Shown here: positions 11,339 through 22,739 of the stretch, in pieces
Layout of the letters: each line of letters opens with the position of its first letter
Numbering within the stretch: the first letter of the stretch is position 1
Assembly (NCBI GenBank): GCA_963779275.1
Contig: CAVZXL010000007.1
Coordinates: 522,163 to 586,162, forward strand
Direction of reading: 5' to 3'
Length of the DNA: 64,000 nt
From: Terriglobia bacterium
GTDB taxonomy: Bacteria; Acidobacteriota; Terriglobia; Acidiferrales; UBA7541
Made by a program: the position numbers and the translations under genes
The notes under the pieces: generated by a model
Told to the model about the DNA's origin: nothing
The model's input: only the letters and a program-made list of their open reading frames with translations
Database searches by the model: none

Positions 11339-12870
11339 TTAGCCCTGGTTCGCGCGCCGCCCGCGTTGTAGCGCCTCCGGGCGCTGCATCAGCTGCAAAA
11401 CGTTTTGCGTCGAGGCTTCCGTCCGCCGCGTAAAGAACGGCGAACCGATGCCCATCCAGAGAATGATCGCGGCCATCACGAACAGGATGCCGCGCTCGCG
11501 CAGGTCGGGGTCCGGCAACGCGTGTTCTTGTCCTTTGTGATGCTCCCGAAGAAGACGCGCTGGTAGGACCAGAGCAGATACACGGCCGAGAAAATGACGC
11601 CGAGCGCGGCCCAGGCCGCCCATGCCGCATGCCTCTGGAAGGTGCCCGCCAGAATCAGAAACTCGCCCACGAAACCATTGAGCATCGGCAGCCCGCGGAG
11701 GCGAAGCACGAAAACAGGTACAGCGCCGCGAGCACCGGCATCGGCGTCGCCAGGCCGCCGAATTCCGAGATCAGGTGCGTGTGCCGGCGGTCGTAAAGCA
11801 TGCCCGACGCACAAGGAAAGCGCGCCGGTGGAGACGCCGTGGTTCAGCATCTGGTAGACGCGCCCTGAATCGAAATCTGCGTGAACGCGAAAATCCGAGC
11901 ACCACGAATCCCAGGTGGCTGACCGAGGAATAGGCGACCAGGCGCTTCAAATCCGGCTGCACCATAGCGACCAGCGCGCCATAGACGATGCCGATGATGG
12001 CCAGCACGGCGATGTACGGCGCAAGCGGTGCGCGGCGTCCGGGAACAGCGGCAGGCAGAAGCGCAGCATGCCGTACGTGCCCATCTTGAGCAGCACGCCC
12101 GCCAGCATCACCGAACCAGCCGTGGGCGCTTCGGCGTGCGCGTCCGGCAGCCAGGTATGCAACGGAAACAGCGGCACCTTGATCGCAAACGCCAGGAAGA
12201 ACGCGCCGAAGAGCAGAAATTCCGTGCGAAGCGGCAGCGGATCGTGCCGCTCGAAAGCATGGCCTGGATCTGCGGAAGGTCGAAAGTCGGGTAGCCGCGC
12301 GACGGCCGTGAGGTGGTAGAGCCACAGGATCGCCACCAGCATCAGGATCGAGCCGACCATCGTGTACAGGAAGAATTTCACCGCCGCGTAGATGCGCCGC
12401 TCGTGTCCCCAGATGCCGATCAGGAAATACATCGGGATCAGCATCACTTCCCAGAACAAGAAAAAGAGGAACAGGTCGAGCGAAACAAAGACGCCGATCA
12501 CGCCGGTCTCCAGCACCAGCAGGCAGATAAGAGCCCTTCACGCGCTGATCGATGGATTTCCAGGACGCCAGAATCGAAAGCGGCGTCAGCAGCGTGGTCA
12601 GCAGGACCAGGAACAGGCTGAGGCCGTCAATGCCCATGTGATAGTGAATCGGCGGCTGCGGAATCCAGGAGCGGAACTCCTCCCACTGATAGCCGGCGGC
12701 GTCGATATAAATCCGCGCAACAGCAGCAGCGAAATGGCAAATTCCGCGACGGCGGTGGCAAGAGCCAGGCGGCGAATCCAGATATGATCGTCGTCGCGCA
12801 GCAGCAGCAGCGCCAGCGTGCCCGCGACCGGCAGAAATGTCAGAACGGTTAGCAAGTAAGGTTGCTGCAC
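11339..12870 (-). pseudogene. nuoM: NADH-quinone oxidoreductase subunit M (cluster 2), frame-disrupted
   Basis: GTG start at 12870 (QQPYLLTVLTFLPVAGTLALLLL). Pieces 11771..12637 (GIDGLSLFLVLLTTLLTPLSILASW), 11947..12516 ([53 protein letters not shown]), 11476..11850, 11339..11623. Confidence 0.75.
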
Positions 12871-12871
12871 G

Positions 12872-14812
12872 TTAGCCCACCATCCAGAGCAGCAGGGAAG
12901 TGAATACCAGACCCCCAGAACGATCCACGCAGCGTAGCTGCGGATGTTGCCGGAAGTCACGTGGCGCAACTGGTCGCCCGATTCGCGGGAAACGCGCGCG
13001 ACGCCATTCACTGTGCCGTCGATCACGCCTTCATCCACGACGTGCCAAAAAACTTTGTCCGAAACCCAGACCAGCGGACGCACGATCACGGCCGCGATAA
13101 AATTCGTCCACAAAATATTTTCCGCTCAGCAGCCTGTACGGCGCGGAGAGGGATTCGGCAATTTTCTTCGGCGTGTCCGGGCTTTTGATGTACATCCACC
13201 ACGCCAGCAGGAACCCGAGCAAGCCGGCGATCACCGGCGCGCCCAGCAAGCCTGCAGTGATTTCAGCGCCGCCGGAAGCAAGGATTCCGCGCGCAGCGTC
13301 TCGGAAGCGGTGCCAATACGGGCGCCAGGAAATGCTCGAAATGATTCACGCCGCCCCAGAGTTGCGGAGCCGCCATCCAGCCGCCGCACACGGAAAGAAT
13401 CGCCAGAACAACCAGCGGGAGCAGCATGTTCTTCGGCGATTCGTGAACGTGCACGTGGTGCTCGTCGTAGCGCTCTGTGCCGAAGAATGTGAGAAACAGC
13501 AGGCGGAACATGTAGAACGAGGTAAGCCCGGCCGTCAGAACGCCGAGCCCCAGAGTACGGGGCTGACATGCTGCGCTCGCTCAGAATTTCGTCCTTGCTG
13601 AAGAAGCCGGAAAAGCCGGGCGCGCCGGCGATGGCCAGAGTGGCCATGAACATCGTCCAGAACGTCACGGGATTTTCTTGCGCAGGCCGCCCATCTTGCG
13701 CATGTCCTGCTCGCCGCCCATGGCGTGAATCACGCTGCCGGCGCCGAGGAAGAGCAGGCCTTGAAGAAGGCGTGCGTCATCAGGTGGAACACGCCCGCGC
13801 CGAACGCGCCGACGCCGCAGGCCAGGAACATGTAGCCGAGCTGCGTGACGGTCGAATAGGCCAGGACTTTCTTGATGTCGGTCTGCACCAGGCCGATCGT
13901 CGCGGCGAACAGCGCGGTGAGGCAGCCGACGACGGCCACGACCTGCATCGCCATGGGCGCGTTCAGGAAGATCGCGTGCGAGCGCGCGACCATGTAGACG
14001 CCGGCGGTCACCATGGTCGCCGCGTGGATCAGTGCGCTGACCGGCGTGGGGCCTTCCATCGCGTCCGGCAGCCAGACATACAGCGGAAGCTGCGCGGATT
14101 TTCCCGCGGCGCCGACGAAGAGCAGCAGCGCGATCGCCGTGAGCGTTCCGATCTGCCCGGCGGGATCGGCGGGCATGGCCGCGGCCTTCGGCAGCACGGT
14201 CGCGAAATCCAGCGAGCCGAACGTGCGGAAAATCAGCAGCATGCCCAGAATAAATCCGAAATCGCCGATGCGGTTCACCCAGAACGCCTTGTTCCCGGCG
14301 TTGGTGGCGGACTGCTTCAGGAAGAAGAAGCCGATCAGCAGATAGCTGCACAAGCCCGACGCCTTCCCAGCCGACAAACATCAGCAGGTAGTTGGCGGCC
14401 AGCACCAGCACCAGCATGAAGAACATGAACAGATTCAGGTAGGAGAAGAAGCGGCGGTAGCCCGGATCGTCGTGCATGTAGCCGGTCGAATAGATATGAA
14501 TCAGCCAGCCCACGCCGGTGACGACCAGCAGCATGACCACGGTGAGCTGGTCCACCTGCAGCGCGAAGTCGGCGCTGAAACGCCCCCGCGGCGATCCAGG
14601 TGAAGTAGGTATTGACGTCCAGGGAATCTGGTCGGGAGAAAGCGTGAAGAATTCGCGCACCATTTCGAGCGCGGCCAGAAACGCCAGGGTCGTCGAGGAG
14701 AGCGCGACGCCCGTCATCATGCTCTGGGGCCAGCGCGGCCGAAAATGCCGTTGGCGGCGGCGCCCAGCAGCGGCAGCAGAGGAATGATCCAGAGATATGT
14801 GAGGGCGGGCAT
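12872..14812 (-). pseudogene. nuoL: NADH-quinone oxidoreductase subunit L (cluster 2), frame-disrupted
   Basis: ATG at 14812 overlaps the nuoK stop (TGATG; [22 protein letters not shown]). Pieces 13665..14720, 13730..14377 ([43 protein letters not shown]), 13231..13668, 13263..13511, 13031..13249, 12598..13113. Stop inferred at TAA 12872..12874. Confidence 0.75.
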
Positions 14813-15115
14813 CAGTCTTTCAGCGAATCCACGCGTTCCACGTTGAGAGTTCCCCGGTTTCGGTGAATCAGGATCACGATCGCCAGTCCTACAGCGGCTT
14901 CCGCCGCGGCCACCACGATGACGAAGAAAACAAACACCTGACCCTGCAACTGTCCGAGAGCGCGGCTGAAGGCAACAAACGCCAGGTTGACGGCATTCAG
15001 CATCAGCTCGATGGACATGAAGATCGTCAGGATGTTGCGCTTGAAAACAAACGCAATGACGCCCAAGCCCGAACAGGACCGCGCTCAGCACCAGATAATA
15101 GGAAATCGGAACCAC
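14812..15115 (-). pseudogene. nuoK: NADH-quinone oxidoreductase subunit K (cluster 2), one frame change near 15060
   Basis: The N-terminus [18 protein letters not shown] lies in ORF 14717..15115. The remainder ([33 protein letters not shown]...[19 protein letters not shown]) lies in ORF 14812..15066. Confidence 0.8.
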
Positions 15116-15180
15116 AACTCCCCCATAGCCAATCCGGAAACTTGCCGTCAGAAACTCCGGCCTCTACGACGGGCTACGTC

Positions 15181-15674
15181 CTATTCGGACTCTTCCCGGC
15201 GGGCAAGAACCAGCGCGCCGAGCAGCGCAATCAAAATCAGAAACGAGGTCAGCTCGAACGGAAACACATAATCCCGAAACAGCATCGTGGAAAGGTCCCG
15301 CGTCGAAACCTTTCCGCGGCGCCGTCCAAGTGCAGCGTGGCGCGTCCGATCCAGTACGCGACCTCACCAGGAAGACTATCGCCGAGCGGCACGCCGGCAT
15401 ATCGCCATCCGGCTCAAATTCGTGCGCTCTTCTTCGCCGGCATTCAGCAGCATGATCACGAAAACAAACAGCACCATGATCGCGCCGCCGTAGACGATAA
15501 TCTGCACGGCGGCGAGAATTCGGCGCCCTGCAGCAGGTAAAGCCCCGCCAGCGAAACCATCACCACGATCAGCGAGAGCGCGCTATGAATCGGATGCCGC
15601 TGCAGGATCAAGCTGACCGCGCCCGCCACAGCGACGGCCGCGAGGACCAGAAACACAGCCATCTGCGCCGTCAT
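15181..15674 (-). pseudogene. nuoJ: NADH-quinone oxidoreductase subunit J (cluster 2), frame-disrupted
   Basis: ORF 15456..15674 (MTAQMAVFLVLAAVAVAGAVSLILQRHPIHSALSLIVVMVSLAGLYLLQGAEF). The C-terminus FPFELTSFLILIALLGALVLARREESE* was read by hand, ending at TAG 15181..15183. Confidence 0.7.
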
Positions 15675-15699
15675 GATCGAGTTCGCCTTTCGCTCGCGT

Positions 15700-16946
15700 T
15701 CATCGCTCGAATTCGTATCTTAATCCGTTTGTGTCCAGTACGATGGCCAGACTGGTGATGACCACGTTCACGATGGAAAGCGGCAGCAGCAACTTCCAGC
15801 CGAAAGCCATCAACTGGTCGTAACGGAAGCGCGGAAGCGTGCCGCGCACCCAGACATAGATAAAAAGGAAAATCGCAATTTTCAGCAGAAACCAGAACGG
15901 ACCCTGAATGAAATCGATGACTCCCGGCAGGCCGCAAAGAACGCCAAGCCCGCACAGTGCAAGCCCCAGCACCGGCAGGACGACGCGCCCGAACATCGTG
16001 AGGTAGCGCACGCCATGAAATCAAGCGCCAGCCCGCCAGCAGCGAAAACTGCCGTCGGGAATGTACGCGTCCAGGCAAACAGCGGCGTCTGCGGGAAGGG
16101 CGACAGCCAGCCGCCAAAAAACAAAATGGTGGCGAGGCAGGAAACCGTAATCATGCTCGCGTATTCGGCCATGAAAAACATGGCGAATTTGAAGCTGGCG
16201 TATTCGGTGTGAAAGCCGGCGACGAGTTCGGATTCGGCTTCAGCCAGATCGAACGGCGCGCGATTGGTTTCCGCGACCGCGGCAGTAAAAAACAGAAAAA
16301 GCCCAGAATCTGCGGCACGGCGCGCCGATCAGATTCCAGCGCGGCACGAATCCCCAGTGAAAGCCCTGCTGCGACTTGACGATTTCGCTCAGGTTGAATG
16401 TGCCGGCCATCAGCAGCACGCCGACGACGGACATCGTCAGCGAAAGTTCGTAGCTGACCATCTGCGCCGAGCTGCGCAGTCCGCCGAGCAGCGAATACTT
16501 GCTGTTGGACGACCATCCGGCGAGCGCGACGCCGTACACTCCCAGCGAAGTGATCGCGAACAGGATCAGCAGGCCGATATTCAAGTTGGCGATGCCAGCG
16601 GCGTCGACTGGCCGAAGATCGTGAATTCCTTGGGCCCAAAGGGAATCACGGCGATCGACGTAATCGCCAGCGACAGCGACAGAAACGGCGCCAGAAAATA
16701 GGCGAATTTGTCCGCGCCCGCCGGCGTCACATCTTCCTTGAACAGAAATTTCACGCCGTCGGCCAGCGGCTGCAGCAAGCCGTGCGGCCCGACGCGGTAG
16801 GGTCCCCATCGCGACTGGATGTGCGCGACGACTTTGCGCTCAAACCAGATCAGGTAGGCCAGCGCAGTCAGCAGCACGAAAAGCAGCACGACAATTTTCA
16901 CCAGCGCGACCAGGAGGAGCGGATGCTGTGCGGCAAATTCGTTCAC
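15700..16946 (-). pseudogene. nuoH: NADH-quinone oxidoreductase subunit H (cluster 2), frame-disrupted
   Basis: GTG 16946 overlaps the nuoG stop (GTGA). Pieces 16581..17006 ([37 protein letters not shown]), 16240..16809, 15882..16181 ([22 protein letters not shown]), 15700..16011 ([25 protein letters not shown]). Confidence 0.8.
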
Positions 16947-19208
16947 GAGCGCGCCTCCACTTCCACCTCTTCCGCTGCTTCCGGCAGAGAAAGGATCGTG
17001 GAGCAATAGCGGCCCAGGCTGCCGCTGGTGAACAGCGTGTCGTGCGCGGAGAAAATCGGCCCGCCGGGCACGTCGAATTTCGCGTTACCGTTGGCGGGAA
17101 ACCGGCGCCGTACGCTCCGCTTCGCCGAGCAGCAGCGTGGCCATGGAAACATCGTACCCGGCAACATACTGCCGAATTTCGTCGAACGCGGCGTCCGGAG
17201 TGCGCAGGCGAGATCGGCTGTCCGAGGCCGTGATGCGCCAGCTGGATGCGAGAGAATGCGCAGGATATCGAAATCGGAGCGCGGGCCCATGACGTCGCCG
17301 CCCTTGCGCACCAGTTGAATTTCTCCGGCGGTATTGGTCATCGTGCCGTTTTTCTCGTAAGCCGCGGCCGCCGGCAGGACGACGTCGGCGAGTTGCGCGG
17401 TTTCGGTGAGGAACAGATCCTGCACGACCAGCAGGTCAAGCTTGCCGAGGCGGTCCGTTGCAGTGACGCCAAAAGTTTTCACCGGATTTGCGCCGACGAC
17501 GTAGAGCGCCTTCAATTTTCCGTTCGCCGCGGCCGCCAGCATTCGCGCGCGTCGAGGCCGGGCTTTTCGGGCAATTTCGCGCCCCAGAGTTTGCCAAATT
17601 TCTCGCGCGCCTTCGCATCGCCGACGACTGGCGTAGCCGGGAAGCATGCCGGCAGCAAGCCCATGTCGGCAGCGCCGCGCGAATTGGCGTAATCGCCGAG
17701 CGCCATGTAGCGCGTCTGCGCCGGGCAGGGAAGCGCCGAATTTCACCAGGTCGCTGCACGGCCGCGCCGGTCAATTCCGCGCCAAACACGATGACGACGT
17801 TCGATTCCTTTTCCAGCGAGGACTTTAGCGCGCCGAGCCGTTCGGCCACGCCAGCGTCCAGCTGCGCTGTCTCCGCCCGCCAGCCAGCGCACTGCCGGCG
17901 GCTTCGCCGCCCGCCGGGAACTTCGGCAAAACCCTTCGCTTTGCGCAGCAGCTTGATCGATTTCGAATTGATGACGTACAGCCGCGCGCCGCGATGGCGA
18001 ATCGCGGAGCGAATCTGCCAGGCGACCAGCGGGTTTTGCTCGGTCGGATCGTCGCCGATCAGCAGAACCGCGTCCGCTTCGTAAAGCTGCGTCATGGTGG
18101 CGCTCGCGGCACGGCCTGCTCGCCGAGCGCTGCGATCAGGCTGGCGTAGTCGGCCGTGCGGTGATGATCGAGGTTGTTCGTGCCGATGGAGGCGCGCGCG
18201 ATGCGGCCGAGCAGGTAATTTTCTTCGTTGGTGGTGCGGTTCGAGCCGAAAAAGCCGATGGAATCCGGCGCCGGACTCTTTGTGAATTTCCGCGAGGCGC
18301 CGCGAAACTTCCGCCAGCGCATCTTCCCAGCTGGAGGGAACGAGTTTGCCGTCGCGGCGCACCAGCGGCAGCTTCACGCGCTCGGGATGCTTGGTGAAAT
18401 CGAATCCGAAGCGGCCCTTCACGCACAGAAAATCCTTGTTGAAGCCGGAGAGGTCGCGATTATTGGCGCGCAGAATTTCGTTGTTGCGCACGCTCAGCGT
18501 GGTCTTGCAGCCGTTCGAGCAGTGCGTGCACACCGTGGAAACGTACGTCATTTCCCAGGGGCGCGTCTTGTAGCGATAGGTGCCGCTGGTGAGCGCGCCG
18601 ACCGGGCAGATGTCGATGCACATGCCGCACTCTTCGCATTCCAGATGATCTTCGCCGTTCGGGATGATCACGGAGTGCGAGCCGCGCTGGCCCACGCCCA
18701 GCGCCTTGACGTCCATGCCTTCGTCGCAAACGCGCACGCAGCGGAAGCACAGGATGCAGCGCGGCGCGTCGTAATAGACCGCTTCCGACCATTTCTGTTC
18801 CGGCTGGTGCCGCTTTTCTTCGGCGAAGCGGCTCTTGTCCGCGCCGTAGGTGAAGACCATGTCCTGCAATTCGCATTCGCCGCCCTTGTCGCACACCGGG
18901 CAATCCAGCGGATGGTTGGCCAGCAGGAATTCCAGCATTGCCTTGCGCGCGTCGTGCACCTGCTGCGTGTTGGTGCGCACGACCATGCCCGGCATCGCCA
19001 CCAGCGTGCACGCCGTTTGCAGCTTCGGCGCTTTTTCCACTTCCACCAGGCACATGCGGCAAGCGGCCTGCAGCGACAGGCCCGGGAAATAGCAGAACGA
19101 CGGGACGTCGATGCCCATGCGGCGCGCCGCTTCGATCACCAGCGTCCCCGGCGGCACGGTGACTTCGCGGTCGTCAATCTTCAGCGTGATGTCTTTCGAA
19201 TCTGCCAT
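16943..19208 (-). pseudogene. nuoG: NADH-quinone oxidoreductase subunit G (cluster 2), frame-disrupted
   Basis: Start MADSKDITLKIDDREVTVPPGTLVIEAARRMGIDVPSFCYFPGLSLQAACRMCLVEV. Fe-S motifs CPVCDKGGECELQD, CILCFRCVRVC, ECGMCIDICPVGALT. Pieces within 17436..19499, 18092..18322 (NEENYLLGRIARASIGTNNLDHH), 16943..17746. The out-of-frame excursion around 18092..18322 leaves and re-enters the same frame, so it needs a compensating -1/+1 pair. Confidence 0.8.
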
Positions 19209-20532
19209 ATTGTTCCCGGATTCCTTAGCGGACCGCGGCCAATGACATCGGCCGGTTTGTACGGGCACTTGCCCGAAAGGTGTTCTTCGAATTCGTGGCG
19301 CCACTTCTTGACGATGCTGATCGTCGGCATCGCGGCGGCGTCGCCCAGCGGGCAAAACGTCTTGCCCAGCATGTTCTTGGCGAGCTCGCCCACCATCGGA
19401 ATATCTTCCGGGCGCCCGCTCCGGAATGGAAGCGGTCGAGCATCTTGCGCAGCCAGCCCGTGCCTTCGCGGCAGGGAATGCACCAGCCGCAGGATTCATG
19501 CGCGTAAAAGTGCATGATGCGCCGCGCCAGATCGACCATGCAGGTGTCTTCGTCGATCACGACGAGGCCGCCCGAACCGAGCATCGAGCCGGCCTTGGCC
19601 ACCGAATCGAAATCCATGTTGATGTCAATCTCATCCGCGGTCAGCAGCGGGCAGGAACTGCCGCCGGGGATGACGGCCTTCAGTTTTTTGCCGTTCAGCA
19701 TGCCGCCGGCAACGTCCTCGATCATGCGGCGCAGAGGGAAGCCCATCGGCAGTTCGTAAATGCCCGGCCTGTTGACGTGGCCGGAAATGCAGAACATGCG
19801 CGTGCCGCCGTTTTTCGGCGAGCCCAGGCCCGCGTACCATTCTCCGCCGCGCCGCAGAATTTCCGGCGCCGAGGAAAGCGTTTCGACGTTATTGATCACC
19901 GTCGGCGAGCCATAAAGGCCGACGACGGCCGGGAACGGCGGCCGGATGCGCGGATAGCCGCGCTTGCCTTCGAGCGATTCCATCAGCGCCGATTCCTCGC
20001 CGCATTCGTAGGCGCCCGCGCCCGTATGCGTGACGAGATCGAAATCGTACCCGCTGCCGAGGATATTCTTGCCCAGGTAGCCGCGCCTTGTAGGCTTCCG
20101 CGATCGCGCCGTCCATGATGTCCAGCACGTAGCGGTACTCGCCGCGGATATAGATGTATCCCTGATGCGAGCCCACCGCGCGTCCGGCAATGACGATGCC
20201 CTCGATCAACTGGTGCGGCATCATTTCCATCAGCGGGCGGTCCTTGCACGTGCCCGGCTCGCTCTCGTCGGCGTTGCAGAGAACGTATTTCGGTTTGGGC
20301 GAATCCTTCGGCACGAAGCTCCACTTCATGCCCGTGGGAAACCCGCGCCGCCGCGCCCGCGCAGATTCGATTTCTTCACTTCGTCGACGACCTGCTCGGG
20401 CGTCAATTCCTTCAGCGCGCGCTCCATGCCCTTGTAGCCGTCATTGGCCAGGTACACATCCAGCTTGTGCGAATCCTTCACGCCAAACAGCCGGCTGATC
20501 ACCGGCACTTCGGCGGGATGCCGCGTCTTCAC
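19181..20532 (-). pseudogene. nuoF: NADH-quinone oxidoreductase subunit F (cluster 2), frame-disrupted; 3' end uncertain (19181 or 19225)
   Basis: Pieces 20326..20532 ([11 protein letters not shown]), 19889..20329 ([30 protein letters not shown]), 19225..20190 (ESCGWCIPCREGTGWL), 19181..19483 (FCPLGDAAAMPTISIVKKWRHEFEEHL). Confidence 0.8.
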
Positions 20533-21038
20533 CGATCCGGAAATGGGCGTCGAAGTTTCCGGCGTGCGTCCGATTTCGAGGGCTCAAAAATCTGCGTGGT
20601 GCGCTCGATGGTCAGGTTTTCGTAGAAATCGTAATTCACCTGCATGGCCGGCGCGCCGGTGCAGGCGCCGATGCATTCCACTTCTTCGAGCGAAAAGACG
20701 CCGTCCTCGGTGGTTTCCTTGTGGCCGATCTCCAGTTTTTTCTGGACGAATTCGTAGAGTTTGTTGCCGCCGCGCAGCATGCAGGAAACGTTGGTGCAGA
20801 CCTGCACGTGATATTTTCCGGCGCGCTGGCGGCGCAGCATGGAGTAGTACGCCATCGTTTCGGTGACCTGCAGCGTATTCAGGTCCAGCCGGCGCGCGAT
20901 TTCCGCGATCATGTCGTCGCTGACGAACCCGAACTGGTCCTGCGCGTACAGCAGCATGGGCATCAGCGCCGAGCGCTTGACCGGATAGCGCTTCTCGAGG
21001 GTTTGGAATTTCGTTTCCAGCTGCGGCGGCAGATTCAT
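20529..21038 (-). CDS. nuoE: NADH-quinone oxidoreductase subunit E (cluster 2)
   Basis: Single 169-aa ORF with 2Fe-2S thioredoxin-like motifs VCTNVSCMLRG and ECIGACTGAPAMQVN. Its start overlaps the nuoD stop and its stop overlaps the nuoF start (ATGA). Confidence 0.85.
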   Translation of the reverse strand: MNLPPQLETKFQTLEKRYPVKRSALMPMLLYAQDQFGFVSDDMIAEIARRLDLNTLQVTETMAYYSMLRRQRAGKYHVQVCTNVSCMLRGGNKLYEFVQKKLEIGHKETTEDGVFSLEEVECIGACTGAPAMQVNYDFYENLTIERTTQIFEPSKSDARRKLRRPFPDR

Positions 21039-22232
21039 CAGCGGTCGATCTCCCCGAGCACGATGTCCAGTGTGCCGATGCAGGCGATCACGTCGGCAAT
21101 CAAATGGCCTTCGACCATTTTCTGCAGCGCCTGCAAATTCACAAACGAAGGCGTGCGCATCTTCATGCGGTAGGGCTTTGGCGAGCCGTCGCTGGCCACA
21201 AAGCAGCCCAGTTCCCCGCGCGGCGATTCCATGCGCTGGTAGACTTCGCCGGGCGGCGGCGCGAACCTTCGGTATAGATCTTGAAATGGTAGATCAGCGC
21301 TTCCATCTCCGTCTTCATTTTTTCGCGCTGCGGCGCGACGATGCCCGGCGCGTCCGCTTTGATGGGGCCTTCGGCGGGAATTTTTTCCAGCGCCTGGCGC
21401 ACGATCTTGATGCTTTCGCGCATTTCCGCCACGCGGCACATGTAGCGCGCGTAGCAGTCGCCTTCCGTGCGCACGGGCACCTGAAAATCGAATTCGTCAT
21501 AGCTGGAGTAGGGAAAATATTTGCGTACGTCGTAATCCACGCCGGAGCCGCGCAGCGACGGCCCGGAAACGCCAAGCGCGATCGCGTCCTCCGCGCTCAG
21601 CATGCCCACGCCCTGCGTGCGCGCCAGCCAGATGCGGTTTTTCGTCAGCAGATCCTCGTACTCGTCGAAGCGGGAAGGGAACGTCCGCACAATATTTCTC
21701 GACGCGTTCGGTCCATCCCGGCGGAGGCTCCAGCGCCAGGCCGCCGATGCGGAAATAGCTGGTCATCATGCGCTGGCCGCTGACCATCTCGAAAATCTTC
21801 AGCAGTTCTTCGCGCTCGCGGAAGCAGTACAGGAACACGGACATCGCGCCCAGGTCGATCGCGTGCGTGCCCAGCCACACCAGGTGCGAGCCGATGCGCG
21901 TCAGTTCCGTCAGAAGCACGCGGATGTATTGCGCGCGCTTGGGAACTTCCAGGCCCAGCAATTTTTCGACCGCCAGGCAATACGCCAGGTTGTTCGACAG
22001 CGGCGCAAGGTAATCCATGCGGTCGGTGAGCGTGATGGCCTGCGAATAGGTAGCGCTTCGGCGGTTTTTTCGATTCCGGTGTGCAGGTAGCCGATGTCCA
22101 GGTCCGCCTTGACGACGTTTTCGCCGTCCAGTTCCAGCACACGCGCAGCACGCCATGCGTCGACGGGTGCTGCGGCCCCATGTTCAGGACCATGGTTTTT
22201 TCAGGGCCGATGGCTGTTTGTACGGTTGTCAT
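21038..22232 (-). pseudogene. nuoD: NADH-quinone oxidoreductase subunit D (cluster 2), frame-disrupted
   Basis: Pieces 21645..22232 (MVLNMGPQHPSTHGVLRV), 21910..22140 (DIGYLHTGIEKTAE), 21497..22156 (RIGSHLVWLGTHAIDLGAMSVFLYCFREREELLKIFEMVSGQRMM), 21163..21690, 21038..21439 ([35 protein letters not shown]...DIVLGEIDR*). Confidence 0.8.
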
Positions 22233-22739
22233 GGCGTATGTGGGCTCGGACCGGATCGCCGATTAGCGTGGACCCTCCGTCGGGATAATCTTTGCGAAGG
22301 GGATAGCCTTCCCAGTCGTCGGGCAGCAGCATGCGCCGCAGGTTGGGGTGTCCCTCAAAACGAATTCCGAACAAATCGAAAATTTCGCGCTCGTGCCAGT
22401 TGGCCGTCGGCCACACGCGGCACGACGATTCGATCGACGGGCGTCCCCCGGCAGCGAACGCGCAGGCGCAGAGTGTCCCGGCGGGAATCGACAGCAAATG
22501 ATAATTCAGCTCGAAGCGGGCTCGATGGGAAAACGGTCCACGCCGGTCACGTCGGAAAGGTAGGTGAACGCCAGGTCCTTATCGCCGGCAAGAAACTCGG
22601 CCAGGGGCCGCAAATGTTCGCGCGGCACAAGCACGGTCAATTCCCCGCGGAAATCGATCAGCCCGGCAATGGCTTCGGGTCGCCAGGCGCGAATTTTCGC
22701 GACGGCCGGATTTTGTTCTAGGTCGGCTGTTTCCGTCAC
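22201..22739 (-). pseudogene. nuoC: NADH-quinone oxidoreductase subunit C (cluster 2), at least one frame change; 3' end uncertain
   Basis: GTG 22739 overlaps the nuoA stop (GTGA). The N-terminal piece sits in the tail of ORF 22506..22994 (LAFTYLSDVTGVDRFPIEP). The C-terminal piece is 22201..22497 (ANWHEREIFDLFGIRFEGHPNLRRMLLPDDWEGYPLRKDYP). Confidence 0.8.

Noticed and set aside
18228-19517. A 429-aa + strand ORF over nuoG/nuoF; similar long antisense ORFs at 28490..30226 (578 aa), 40524..41537, 46560..47570, 51765..53345 (526 aa) and 57686..59152 (488 aa)
   Set aside because: Each lies opposite a gene with strong family motifs (NuoG, TonB receptor, phosphoketolase, acetate kinase, RND permease, ActC). 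Each translates to Arg/Ala/Gly/His-rich sequence without motifs. These are GC-driven open frames, not genes.
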